Of a stretch of DNA of 64,000 nt, positions 24,201-36,785 are shown piece by piece (position 1 is the stretch's first letter; each line of letters starts with the position of its first letter). Source of the DNA: Oikopleura dioica (Eukaryota > Animalia > Chordata). A program made the position numbers and the translations under genes. The notes beneath the pieces were generated by a model that was not told the DNA's origin, searched no databases, and saw only the letters and a list, made by a program, of their open reading frames with translations. The stretch covers positions 1,178,001 through 1,242,000 of the forward strand of contig OU015568.1 in assembly GCA_907165135.1 (NCBI GenBank). The letters run 5' to 3'.

Positions 24201-27200
24201 CAGAAGACCCTTTCTTTCTCACTCAGAATGACGATCTGTCTGAGTCCGATTCTGAAAACAAGAAACAGCGGTCCATTTCATTCGCGGACGACGAAGAAGA
24301 CAATAACCGGTACCATAGAAAATATCGAAAATCAGTTTTTGTTTCTTCTTCATCTTTCAAAGAAAGTGATGAAGAGAAATCTACTTCGCATGAATTACAG
24401 ACAAGGGAAGAAAGAATCAATTTCAACCTCTTAAAAGTGCATGATAATGAGGATGATGATGTTACCTTCAGGTTTATAATCAATGTTGATTCAGCAAAAT
24501 ACTTTTTATTCAAAATTTTAAAGATTTTTTAGCTCGTCAAGGCCGAAAATAACAATCGCGGAAAAACCACCAAGGCCAGGTTCAGCATTTTTTTCCGCCG
24601 CTCTCGCTCTTGTATCTATTCACCCACTTCACTTTTTCTTTTTACTAACAATACCGCCCACTTCAATCACCACTTTCTCCAAGAACAGTATTCGTTTTCC
24701 CGAGAGCTGGGTACACCAGTCTGAATAAATTGAGCTTTTCTATTGATGACTGTTGATGGCTGTCAAATATAAATTTGCTCGTCAGAAAAGGCGAAATACA
24801 TTCAGACAAAAGACTGAGTGTCACAATGATAATTTACACAGAGATATATTTGGGTTCCCCTCTGATGGGAGAGGAATTCTAGCGCAGATTTTCAAAGAGA
24901 TTGTGGGAGAAAATGAAGAGCAGGAAAAAGAGTACGCTGGATATCTTGGACAGAATTTTCTCCAGCAGGGAGGTACATTCATTTTTGTCAGTTTTCAGCA
25001 GAAAAACCTTAAGAAAAGTCAATTTAAATTTACAGAGAGCCTTGGCAATAAGCGTATCCGATTTGCTGAACTTTTCAAGCCCCCAAATCTCCATCCAGAC
25101 AACACCAGCCGATTCAGTCGATCAATTTATCAAACTCGAAACCGATAAAATAAAATCGAATGAAATCAAGGAAGAAAACTCGGAACCAGAAGTCACTTTT
25201 ACAGAAGAACGATTCCAGCAAAAGGATTGGGTCTACCGACTTTCTTTTCTACAGTATGTTTTTTTCACGAACGAATCAAGATTCACAATTTGCATGCAAG
25301 CTGATTAAAATAAAAAAATTATTCATAAAAAAGGATATACATTTAAGATCCCGAAATAAGGAATTCACGCTTCCAGTTTCCGAAACTCGCGAAAAAACGC
25401 CCGAACCGAAGACGGAACTTACCGACCCAGAAGTATCATTTCGAGTTTCAATAACTCCTGCCGCCGGAGAATCAAAATTGCTAGACCAGCGACCTTCTAT
25501 CCCTCCAACAACTCTTCAAGGAAACAACCGACAACAGAGACCGACAAGTTCTAGTACTTCAAATGTTCCCCGGCCAAGGCCAAAATTGGTTCAGAGGGCA
25601 AAAACTTCGCATGGTAAGTCCTCATTGAAAAACCATAAAAATCCTTTATATTTTCACAATTAAGAATTAAAGCCATTCGACTATTTTCTGAATTATTCTT
25701 GACACGCCATCTCTTACAGCTATAGTTGGGAATTCCAACTTGGAATCGGGCAAAATTCGCTGTTGAACATTTGATAATTCTTAGATCTCCTGGAACAAGA
25801 ACGTCAAAAAAAAGAAGCCGAAGAAAAACGCCGTGCCGAAGCCGAAGCAGCTTACCAACAATGGGTCAAGGCAAAGAAAAACGTCAAGCTGCGTCGCTTG
25901 ACTCCCTCTCCTCCGCCGGAAAGAGATCTCAAATGGTATTTCTGTTTTCTATTTGATCAGTGCTTGTTGAAATCACAGATTTATCGGCATTCACAGAATT
26001 CATTGTGTGTAGAATTTTTGTTCAAATATGAGCTCAACGCATTGAAATGATGAGTTTGAAGGATATTCAAATTGTTGGTAAGAGTCTTTTCAGGTATGAA
26101 AACAAGAAGAGAATGTTTGAGCCTGGGTCTTACTCTGAAAGGTATTCACTCTTATTTGTCAAAATTTTGAATAAAAAATTAAGACCGCGACCGAAAACTC
26201 AACCGAATTCGACTCAAAATTCGCGACCCACACCGATCTACAGTGAAGTTCATAAGCCAAGAAAATATGACGGAAATGGCATCGCGTTCGAAGAATGGCT
26301 AGCCAGAAAGCAAAATGAACAAAGGTCCTCAAATCCAAATCACCAGGAGTCGCAAGAAGAAACGAAAAAGAAAAATGATGAGATGAGGCAAATGATGGCA
26401 GAGGAAAAATTCAAAGGTGCAGTAGTTATTTCTAATAGACGGTTATCTCGATTCTGAATGGGCTGAACTTTATCTAGAATGGCTGAACAAAAAGCTTGAG
26501 CAACGGCAAAAAGCAACAGCACAAGAAAACAAGGACAGATACGAAGCTCATAAGCGAAATACGACAAGCGAGAATCAACTGTCTTTCGACGCCTGGCTCG
26601 AGAAAAAGAACGACCAGCAGAAGCAGCTTCAACGCGTCCTTCGCCAAATCAAGTACACCCTTTTAGATCTCTCTTTTTAATGTTGATAAAGGAGGGAGGA
26701 GCAAAAACGAGCAGAAGAGGAACGAGAACGAAGACAACAAGGACTGTCTTTTGAAGACTGGATGTAAGAAAGAAAAATATTTTGGCACGTTTTTTTAACA
26801 ATTTTTTAGCGCTGTAAAATCTGGAAAAAGGTTGAGATACAAATTCACTCACAAAGCAAAAATAGCTAAACTAACTCACTCTAACTAATTTTCTAGCAAG
26901 TCCGTGATATTTCCTTAGGATTTATCAAATGGAAAACAAAGAATTGACACCCTTAATTTTACCCCTCTTTTTCAGGATTCGAAAAGAACAAGCCGAATTG
27001 TACGGGGACAAAGTTGCTCGAGACCTCGCTCAGCAAGATGCAGGACCGGATTATAAAACAAAAAGATCGCTCTTAAATATTAATAAAAAAGAGGATCTTT
27101 GAATTATCCTATGTAAAGCCGCGAAACTCGCAGAGATCGAAGAAAAGAAGCGGATGCGGTCTCAGCAGGAGATTGAGGAAAACCAAGCCGAAGAAACGGA

Positions 27201-27690
27201 GTTGGAAGATTCGAAAATTGAAAAATCAGAAGAAAGAGAAATGGTCGAAAGTCCAAAAGAAGAAGTTCTCGAATCTACTTCAAATTCACCGGAAATTCCA
27301 TCGAAAGAAAAATCACCCGAGGCTTCTGAAACCCTCATTTCGTCTCCAAACTCGCCGAAAATCCCTGATTCAAAACCCGAACCCTCTTTCGAACCTGAAC
27401 CAGCGTCCGAACCAGCGAATGACCCAGAACCAGAAGCAGTGGTTATAATTCACGAAGTCTCAATGGGCAAAACTACTGAAATCCTCGAAAACGGCCAGCA
27501 AAGAGTCTCAACTTCGCAGCAAGAAGATAAATTCATCGAAACACTTGTCGAAAACCAGATCGAAGATGCCCAGCCCTTCGACCCTCAAGATCCATTTGTG
27601 GACGACTACGACTCTGATCATACATCTCTTGCGTCGGACATTTCTTATCCGGAACTGCTGGATCTCATAACAAACTTAGACTCCGACTAA
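21293..27690 (+). CDS. ANKRD60-like Ubl + ankyrin-repeat protein with long repetitive charged/coiled-coil tail (single-gene model uncertain)
   Basis: Ubl-like NVKVADLLAEIELKSAVPAQLLEL; ankyrin LRKLIERGAAVSGRTLFERSTLHFAAYHGRTEFIHLLLGAG..DYQGLTA; repeated FRKTKFS..RPEGLD; AFEEWLARK-type coiled-coil repeats; acidic C-terminus to stop 27690. Confidence 0.6.
21431..21535. repeat. ~105-bp dispersed TIR element carrying paired ATTGG (CCAAT) boxes; related copy at ~41645-41750
   Basis: AACCAATTTATGGA ... TCCATAAATTGGTT; core GGGTTTTGATTGGTCAGTAGGCCAAATACAGCAATCTTATTGGTC matches 41675-41721. Confidence 0.6.
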
Positions 27691-28077
27691 AAATCTTCTT
27701 TGAAGAAAAAATATTTTTGTAGAAGAAAAAACTTTTTATTTTTGCACTGCACTTTCTTTCTGTAATGAAAATACAAGCACATTTTTGATAAAATCATCTT
27801 CTTCATCCCGAAAATTATTATCGTCCATTGAGCAAAATATTTTTTAACTTGAGCAAGTAAGCCGTTTTAAGCAGACTGCTTTAGTTCTGTTTCTCATGTT
27901 TCAATCACCAAATTGCCGGTTTTTTAACGAAAAAAATAAAAAAAGACGCAGAGAAAGAAAAATCAGAAGTTCATAATTTAATGTTACTATCCGAAATTGC
28001 CCAGAGGCAGAGTTCTTTCTAAATATTCGGAAGATTCTATCCCGCACGCTTCTAATTTTTAAATCCTGACAGGAAAA

Positions 28078-29698
28078 ATGCGGCTTCTGGTGTTTTTGCC
28101 TTTTGCCAAGGGAAAAACTGGATTGGAAGTTTTAGAAAAACGAGCCGATATTTTGAGAGAAACGTGCACTAGAGATTTTCATCGAACCCCCAGGCCGAGG
28201 AGCTTTACTGGAAATCATAATGCTATCGTCAGATTTGAAGGTAAATCATGAGAGAAGCAGGTTTTTCAAAAATTTTCGATAGCTTAAGGAGGGGTCGACG
28301 AGAATCGGGATTTCCGTGACCAAAAATGCGAGAAAACCTGATTAGATAGGCTAAATCTGATTTTCCTGGTGGATAGAAAAGGGTTGATAAAATAAGGCGG
28401 CGAAAACTAAAAAAATTTTGACCAGAAAAAGTCGGTCAAAAATGCCGTCAAAGTTGGGCCATTTTCGCGAAAATGCACCAAAAATGGTCAATTTTTTTAC
28501 AATTTTGTTCATTTCACCCCCTAAATCTAATTTTCATCAAATAATTTTAGGCTCAACAGATTCGAGAGGATCTTTAGATTCCAAAAATATAAGATTCATA
28601 TCCAGGCTATGCGTATAAGCGAAATAACGATCACCCCTGAAAAAATTCTCGTCGACCCCCCCCCTTAATTTGCAGCTCTCTTTCAGGATTTTGAAAGTTC
28701 ATGGTCTGAAAGTCACGTGTCTGATTCGTCTGACACATAAAAGATGCGCCATTTAAATGCCAAAACAAAAATTTTAGAGAGCGGCTTGCGAATATGCGTT
28801 CCATGGAAATGCGCGTCGCAATATGTAAAACACATCCACGACGTGGTGATTTCCGACTCCGAAGACAATCGGAGATTCGTCGGAGATACTCAAGAGAAGA
28901 AGAATTCAACGGTTTTGATTGCAAGGCATCCCTTTGTCAGACTTATTTCTTCGTGGAATGACAAGCTGCTGAGGGAAAATGTGCTTCAGAGCGGGCCAAT
29001 GATGCGGCATTTCAACATCGGTATAATAAAATAGCACAAATAATACTGATTGATTAGGTATTGCATTGTTGCATGAGCCAATTAAATTTTAGAAGTGTAC
29101 ATTGCTATCTAGGTGACCTAGATTTTAGGTCCATAACTTTTGGCACTCGGACCATAAGCCTCTTGGTAATTATGCGGGAAATCTAACAAATTCTTTCAGA
29201 CCGTTTCGTAACGTCCGACCACGAGACTCACCTAATCTCGTTTGAGGATTTCTTGAACTACATGGTTTACGCGATTGAACACGATGAGCCGATAAATCGC
29301 CACTTTCAGCCGCAGCATAACATGTGCGATCCTTGCTCTTCGGATTTTAATACGGTACTCAAGGTGGAGCATCTAAAGGATGAAATGGTGGTGCTCTTTC
29401 GAAGTCATGATTTACATGTAAAAGGAAAGTTTCAAAGATCATTCTCGGTTTCTTATCTCCCAATTTCTGTGATTGAAAAAGCCTTTGAGACACAAGAAAA
29501 GAACTAGAAGAGACATTCCACGAACAAACTGGCGGATTCGGCGCTGCAGAAAAAGACAAACTCATTGAAAAAGTTCGATCAACACTTCGACCAATTCCAA
29601 AAGAAACACTTTGGAAAATTTATGACTACTACAAAAACGATTTTGACATTCTTAACTATTCATTTGACATGGACATGCTTACAATTGGAGGCTTTTAA
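28078..29698 (+). CDS. Carbohydrate sulfotransferase (Sulfotransfer_2 / CHST8-14-like)
   Basis: 5'-PSB motif ICVPWKCAS; 3'-PB motif RHPFVRLISSWNDKL; NRHFQPQHNMCDPC; KVEHLKDE; YDYYKNDFDILNY. Confidence 0.9.
28288..28664. mobile_element. Non-autonomous DNA transposon, TTAA TSD, GG..CC ends (Kolobok-like), in sulfotransferase intron 1
   Basis: TTAA GGAGGGGTCGACGAGAAT ... ATTCTCGTCGACCCCCCCCC TTAA. Confidence 0.85.
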
Positions 29699-30013
29699 AT
29701 TATACTTTTTGCATTCTGCTGCCTACTATGACTTGAAATTGCACCTGTATCTATTAAAATAATTATTCAATAATCTATTTAGAGTTCTAAATTCAATTCT
29801 TGATTATTCTTGTTAGGTGTTTTTTACGGTTATTCCAAAAAAAAAATGCTGAAATCAATCAATTTTTTTCTGAAAACAAAAATAGTCTCGCATCTCTGCC
29901 GCTCATCTCCGGTCTCATTTATAAGCAAGGAAGAGTGAGGAAAATCATTAGCTTGAAATAAAGCAGCTTTAGTATTTCAGCTTTTAATTTTTCGACAAAA
30001 ATAGAGATAAAAG

Positions 30014-31304
30014 ATGAAACTTTTCGCTATCTGCGCTGGTGTTGCTCTTGGTAAGATAACTGAGCTCAAGTATCACTTCCAGGGGAGGGGTTCTAGAATC
30101 CTCTAGAGCTTTGAATTCTGATAAAAGGATTCATTCTGGAATCCTCTTTAGAATATCCCCTCCAATTCTCCTTTCGGCCTTTTGCATAAAAAAGATACAG
30201 TAGAGCACTGTATGTTTCTTTTCTGCCCCTCTCTCTAACTCGCCATTCTAGCCGTCGACTGCAACGATGGCAACAACGGTGGTTGCTCCCACAGTTGCAA
30301 ATCTGGTGTCTGCGAGTGCCCAACCTGCTGGGTCCTCACCGACGACGACATGACCTGCCAGCCCGAAGCCGGCAGAGCCTCCATCTCCTGCAGCTCTGCT
30401 GGTATGTCAATCTCTGTCGAACCATGCGTCGTCGATCCCGCTAGCTCCATCACCCTCGTTGACAACACATGCGCCGCTGTCACCGACGACGATGGCAACT
30501 ACAAACTCGCCACTGCTCTCGACGAGTGCGGCACCGAATACGTCGTCAACGCTGATCAGGACAACGTTGTCTTCTCCAACAAGCTCATCGCTGGCGCCGG
30601 TCTCCGAGACGGCATCATAGTCTCCCGACCACTCGCCATGGCCTTTGAGTGCGAGTTCTCTACCTACTACGAAGACGTCCAGCTCAACTACACCGCTGAC
30701 GCCGGCCTCGTCGATGTCTCATTCGACTTCGGTGATGAGCAGCCCGATGCCGCTTTCTTCTCCTATGGCCTCGAGTTCTACACTGATGACAGCTACGATA
30801 CCGTCTTTGATGTCGAGAACGACGTTGTCGTCGTCGGTAACACAATCTACGCCGCTATCGAGAACCTCGTCCCTGTTGATGGTCTCGTTTTCACCATCGA
30901 GGTATAAAATATACTCTTGTTTATCCTTTTATATCTTTCTAAGTCCTGCACCATCACCGACGATTCCATCGGAGCTGAATTCGCTCTCATCGACGGTCAG
31001 TGCCCCAACTCCATCGTCAGCGGCGCAGTCGACAACTTGTCCGATGCCGAGCAAGTTCGATTCAGCTTCATGTCCTTTCTCTTCCCAGGCTCCGGCGAAG
31101 AGTCCGTCTTGAACTTCTCTTGCGAGGTAACTTACTCACTCTTTTCCCCTCTCAACTTTTTCCTAGGTCGTCGTCTGCGACAGCTCCGCCGCCGATACCG
31201 TTTGTTCCACCGACCCCGGCTGCACCGCCCGAAAGCGACGATCCGCTAGTGCCGAGGAAGCTTATACTTTCACAGCATCGAAAAAGGTTACTTTCAGAAA
31301 GTAA
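30014..31304 (+). CDS. Secreted EGF-like + ZP domain protein, copy A
   Basis: Signal MKLFAICAGVAL; EGF CNDGNNGGCSHSC..CECPTCWVLTDDDMTC; ZP ISCSSAGM, ECGT, FSNKL, FECEF, DGQCP, RFSF, SCEVVVC; furin RKRRS; no TM. Confidence 0.9.
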
Positions 31305-31785
31305 ATCAACTTTACTGTCCTTTTCTTTTCAACTGTCCTTCATCTCCAATGACGATCATTCCCCGATCTGAGCGAGGAAAAAAGAAGCAAGAAAAAACCG
31401 AACATGCTCAGATTGACATTCATACAATCATCTCGCAACAAACAAATAAATAGATCTAAACAAAAATATCGGTCAACTGTGAGGCAAATTCTTTAGCAAT
31501 AAATCGGCTATATAAAATTTAAAATAATCTTATTCTCCTCTTATCTTTCACGAGATTGGTTCTTCCAACGATTCTGAAAACAAAACAGAGCGTTGTTTCC
31601 ATATTTCATCACTTACGGCAGAGTTCTTCCTTATCGCGCTTTCTAGTTTCCCAATCCTTTTCCGCGCATCATGGTGGCGCATCTCCGAGGGGTTAATAAG
31701 AGGTTGAAGCATTCAGAAACTTAGGAATTCGAAACAAAGCACCATTAGTTTTTTAATTTTTGCTTCAGAAGAGAGAGAAAAAAAT

Positions 31786-32918
31786 ATGAAAATTTTTGCA
31801 TTTTTGGCGAGTGTTTCTTTCGGTAAGAGAAATAAAATCTGGATTCTTCGTAATGAAATTCTAGCGGTTGATTGCAAAGATGGCAATAATGGAGGATGCT
31901 CTCACAGTTGCAAAGCTGGGACTTGCATTTGCCCTACTTGCTGGGTTCTCACAGCCGATAACATGACTTGTTTGCCCGAAGCTGGCAAAGCTACTGTCTC
32001 CTGTAGCTCGACAGACATGGCGATCACGGTTGATCCCTGCGTCGTCGACCTGGCAAGTTCAATAACGCTCATTGACAGTTCCTGTGCCGCTACCAGCGAT
32101 AGCGATGGTAACTACCACCTCTCAGCTGGACTCGACGAGTGCGGCGCTGAATATACAGTTAACAGCGATGATGATACAATTGTCTTCTCCAACAAGCTGC
32201 TGGCCGGTCCGGGTATTCGAGACAGACGAATCGTTTCTCGACCGATCACCATGTCCTTTGAGTGCACGTTCTCCACTTTCTACGAAGACGTCAATTTTAA
32301 TCAATCCGTCGATGCGGGTCTTGTCTCCGCCTCATTCGACTTTGGTGATGCGCAGCCCGATACAGCCTTTTTCTCATATGGACTCCAGTTCTACACCGAT
32401 GATAGTTACGATACTCTCCTTGATGTCGAGAACGCTGTCATCGCTGTTGGAAACACTATCTACGTCGCTGTAGAGAACATGGTCCCCGTTAGCGGACTCG
32501 TCTTCACGGTCGAGGTGATTATTAACTCATCTTTGAAAATTTAACCTTTTTTGAAAAGTCCTGTACCGTGAGCGATCCCTCGATCGGTGCCGAATTCAAG
32601 TTGATTGAAGACCAATGTCCAAATATCATTGCGTCTATGGAAAATTTCGCCGACGCTGAACAAGTTCGATTCAGTTTCACTTCCTTCCTTTTTCCCAATT
32701 CTGATGACGACACTGAGCTGAACTTCTCTTGCGATGTTTGAAAATCAAAAACTTTTTCTTTGATTAACTTTTTTTTTTAGGTTGTTATCTGCGATGGTGG
32801 GGATTCTGACTCAATTTGCTCGACAGACCCTAACTGCAGTTCACGAAAACGACGATCAAATGATGATCAAATTGGATATTCCGTCAGAACGGCGAAAACA
32901 TTAACTTTCAGAAAGTAA
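31786..32918 (+). CDS. Secreted EGF-like + ZP domain protein, copy B (tandem paralog)
   Basis: Colinear with copy A, same intron positions, RKRRS, ends TLTFRK*. Confidence 0.9.
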
Positions 32919-33780
32919 TTTGAATAAAATAATTTCGTTTTTTATTGTCCATTTTTTTCTCTACATAACGGACTCCTATCTTCGAAATCGAGCAAAGTTA
33001 CAAAATATTCTCGGATAATCAAAGTATGAATTCAAACTACCGTTTTATCAATATTGATACCGTTTTGAGCATTCCTTTGCCGTTTCTTTCCGGTCTACGC
33101 GTAAAGATATACGAAGAGTTATTTTTCAGTCTATTTTTATTCCAAACACCTTTTTTGGGTAACTTCCGGCTCATCAACTTAAATATGTTGCCTACTGAAG
33201 TATCTGAATTGACAAGTGCAGTATTAGTTCCCCTTCAAATATTGTCTATTGTCAGATATCGATGATATTGGAGAAGACATGGTTGATGTTGGTGAAGCCA
33301 GGATTGGCTTAGAAAAAGCCAGGATTGACATTGGAGAAGCCAAATAATGTTTTATTATCAATCAATATAAACTGGTTTACATCGCCGTTTGCCAAAGATC
33401 CCCGTTTCCCAAAGTTGGGCAAACGGCGATTTGGGTTTCAAAAGTTTCGCTTCAGAAGCAGACGTCGCGCTCCGGACGACCGGTAGCGTCTTTTTTGTTG
33501 TTTTTTTCTTCTCAAGGCCGAGTTCGCAGACGGACTCTTGAAGAATTGTTCTGAGCAGGCGGTGGTGGAAAAGGTTTGGAGTTGTTATGCTACTTATTAC
33601 TAATAAGTTATTAGCGATCGAAGATTCTGGACTCATCTTTTTCGTTGAAAAATGGTGAGAGCTAATGGAAAAACCCCACTGAAGGTTGAGATTGTGATTA
33701 ATACCCGAAGCACTTATGATATAAAATTGACCGTTTCCGCTTAAGTTCATTCACTTTTTAGACAGTGAAACGCCAAGAAA

Positions 33781-34162
33781 ATGACGAAGATTGTCGATTT
33801 GATGAGGGGAATCATTGCGATTTTCGACGAGCATGCCGGCGAGGACAAAATGCTTTCGAAAGAAGAGCTCATGAGGATGATGGGTGAAGGTAAGCGATTA
33901 AAAAAATGCTTTACATAACGGTTTTATTTAAGAACAGCACGAGATGTTCGCTTCTGAAGAAGTTGCAACTAAACTCATGAGTGAGTTGGACGAGAATCTC
34001 GATGGACAAATATCTTTTGATGAATTCATCAAGTCCATGGCTTTCATCTGCGCCCTCGTCAAGTACGGCCAGGAAGACGCAAGCGACTTCATCGGCAGAT
34101 GGCTCAGGAAACGGTTCAACAGAGATGATTGGAGACGTACATGGGAGATCATGACCTCCTGA
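33781..34162 (+). CDS. S100-like EF-hand calcium-binding protein (2 exons)
   Basis: MTKIVDLMRGIIAIFDEHAGEDKMLSKEELMRMMGE/EQHEMFASEEVATKLMSELDENLDGQISFDEF: S100-type pseudo-EF hand followed by canonical EF hand. Confidence 0.8.
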
Positions 34163-35396
34163 AAAAGAATCGTCTATTAAATGACAGCGATAATGATTTT
34201 CCCCTGATCACTTTTTCTCCTGTCGAGTATAAAATATATTCGGATTTTATTAAATTGCATTTCGATCATTGTCAAAATTAAAGAAAAAACTCCGTCCTCC
34301 GTTTTTTCTTTCCTTCTCAATCACCCTCATTATTTGGTCCATCATCGGCTTCTTACTTCGAATTCCAGCTGAATTAACAATTATCAAAATTGTAACTTTG
34401 AATACGCAAAAAGAAGGGTATCAGACAAACTTTCGAAATACAATATTTGATCATGAGCATCCTACCTAGCTATTGATCCCTTTCTAGCGCCGCTAATGAC
34501 ATTCTCCTTTGACCCTTGACTTTGCCGCCAGCAGCCTGCTTGATTGCGACTCAGCTGTCTTTAATTCCAAGCTGTCTGATCCTCCATCCGGCTTGCTCGA
34601 TATTTTGATTAAAGATCTCGACAAAATCACGACTTGAAATTTTTAATTTTCCAGAGAGTCGAGAAAGGTGGAAAATGGTGGATTTCCGATAATGTTATCC
34701 GTTGTCAAAATTTGATCTAGCTCCTGATTGTCGTCGATTTCGAGCATTTTGAGGATTTCCTGTTGATCGCAATCAGAATTTCAGATGGAAAGCTTGTTCT
34801 TTCGTGTAATATTCAGATTTCTTAAGTTCATTCATGTTTTGTTGACCTGCCAAATTCAAGAGCATGGTTTGAATAATGAAATGAGCTCCAGATTTGAGAG
34901 CTCACAAAACATTGTGGTCAAGGATAGCTTCCTCGTTTACAATAAAAATATTGATAAAGAAGATTTACACTAAGTTGATTTTTTTGTGCGTTATGCCTAA
35001 GCATACGACGTTCTTTAGGAATCTAACATAATTAACCTTATTATTGAAAAATCTGCTTCATTAGCAGACTTGCTGGTCTATAATTCTCAATATGTTCATT
35101 TAAAGCCAGAAGTTTCGAATTATTTGACATGATACAGTAGAACTGAAGTTGGGACAAAGCGTGATACAGTAAATTAACAGTTTTACAGTTTTTACAGTTT
35201 ATTTTCAAAATCAAAATAGAATATTTCTTTATAGCTTGAAGAAAATACTCTTGCATTGATCTTTGATTAGGTCGCCATGTCCATGATTATCCCTTCTGAA
35301 CTCCCCCTTTCATCCCGCCATCTGCTCATCTCCTCCCCGCCGCGCGCACCACCTGGTTCAAATCCCCCGCGCTCACTCCCTACCGCCACCCTTTAC

Positions 35397-35403
35397 TATA
35401 TAA
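35397..35403 (+). promoter_or_regulatory. TATA box upstream of FGF gene
   Basis: TATATAA about 65 nt before the ATG, downstream of a C-rich stretch. Confidence 0.5.
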
Positions 35404-35465
35404 CTGCGCGGTTCCTCCCACTTTCATTCAAAACGAACACAACAAACAGAAAACTCACAAAGAAA

Positions 35466-35936
35466 ATGTTCTCTCTTCTCTCAATCCTCCTCGCTTTCTC
35501 CAGCGCCCGAACAATCAAAAACGCCCAAACCGTCCAGCTCTACTCCAAGTCTGGCAAATTCTTGAACCTCAACCGCCGCGGTCATGTGACCCCAACGTCC
35601 AACAACAAAGAACTCTCCTCAATCTTCGAATTGAAATACAACTCGAATGGAGTCGTCATCCGACAGCCCCTCACTGGTTATTACGTAACCATGTCTCGAT
35701 CTGGAAAGCTCCGAGCAACAAACCATCAAGAAAATGCCGTCGCTTTTCACCAAGAATCCCTCGGCGACAAGTTCTTCACCTTCAATCTCGCCGATAACTC
35801 CGACTGCAAACTCACCGCCAGCAACAGAAGCTTCCGAGTCCGATGCTCCAAGAAACTTCCACGAAACAAGCTCGCTTTCTTGAGCAAAACTGCCCGCCTC
35901 CCAACAAAGCTTATGGAAACCGGCGTTCATTTTTAA
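35466..35936 (+). CDS. Intronless secreted fibroblast growth factor (divergent)
   Basis: Signal MFSLLSILLAFSSA; QLYSKSGKFLNL..GHV; SIFEL; VVIRQPLTGYYVTMSRSGKL (FGF beta-trefoil pattern); AATAAA ~35984. Confidence 0.85.
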   Translation: MFSLLSILLAFSSARTIKNAQTVQLYSKSGKFLNLNRRGHVTPTSNNKELSSIFELKYNSNGVVIRQPLTGYYVTMSRSGKLRATNHQENAVAFHQESLGDKFFTFNLADNSDCKLTASNRSFRVRCSKKLPRNKLAFLSKTARLPTKLMETGVHF

Positions 35937-36785
35937 AATTAACTGTACTCTTCCTTGATTTCTTTCCTTGTTCAAAAAGTTCAAAATAAAATAATACGAA
36001 TTCAACTCGATCTAAGTGTTTTTATTGTTTTCCAAAATTACAGTTTGAAGTTGAGAAAGTCATCAAATTTTGCTGATTCATCGTTTTGTAGCCCCGTTTG
36101 TTTTTCTTTAGCGAGTTGTAGTGCCATAAGATAATCCTGGATTCCCATGGCCGGAATGTCCCGAGAGGTCAAAAACTGAAGTTTAAATAGTGAAAAATAA
36201 AAGAACTAAATTTTAAACTACCATTTCAGGAGTCATTCCAGAGCAAAAATTGCAAAATAAAAGGTTGAAAAGAAAAAAGAGCATTTTTTCGGCGAACAAA
36301 CTTTTTTGGCAATATTTTATCTGCGATCTTTTATAAGCGCGGCGCATCAAATATTTAATGATTCGAGCATCTCTTGTCCATCGAGGACCTGATGTCATGA
36401 AGTTACTCTTGCCAATTCAAGGAACTGCTGTTACCTTTTTAATGCAGTGGATATTCATGTGCTATCTGATTGACCCAATTCAAATAGAATTTCAATTCTT
36501 CGGTTCATTTTGACTTATTTTTTCCAAAAACAAACATTTTTCCTCAGAAGCTTGCATTTAGAAAATCATGATTTCTTCCGACAAGACCAAATTGGTAGGG
36601 ACTGGGCGGCACAAGGCGGCAAGACACCCATAAAAGTTAATCATATGGGTTCAATGAGGGAGCCTTCAAGACGTCCCCAGAAACCACTTATGAATCATAC
36701 AGTGAAACGGTTTTAAAAAAATATTATTTATCACTGTATTATGGTGCGTATTTGTACAGATAAAAAGATTCAATAAAATAAATAA

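Noticed and set aside
33026-33750. Minus-strand ORF 33358-33750 and degenerate 21-bp repeats at ~33267-33341
   Set aside because: No domain, and no consistent splice model could be built
34250-34960. Possible small minus-strand gene between S100-like and FGF
   Set aside because: Exon-like pieces exist but could not be joined without stops; left uncalled
35277-35465. N-terminal extension of the FGF ORF
   Set aside because: It spans the TATA box; the ATG at 35466 gives a clean signal peptide
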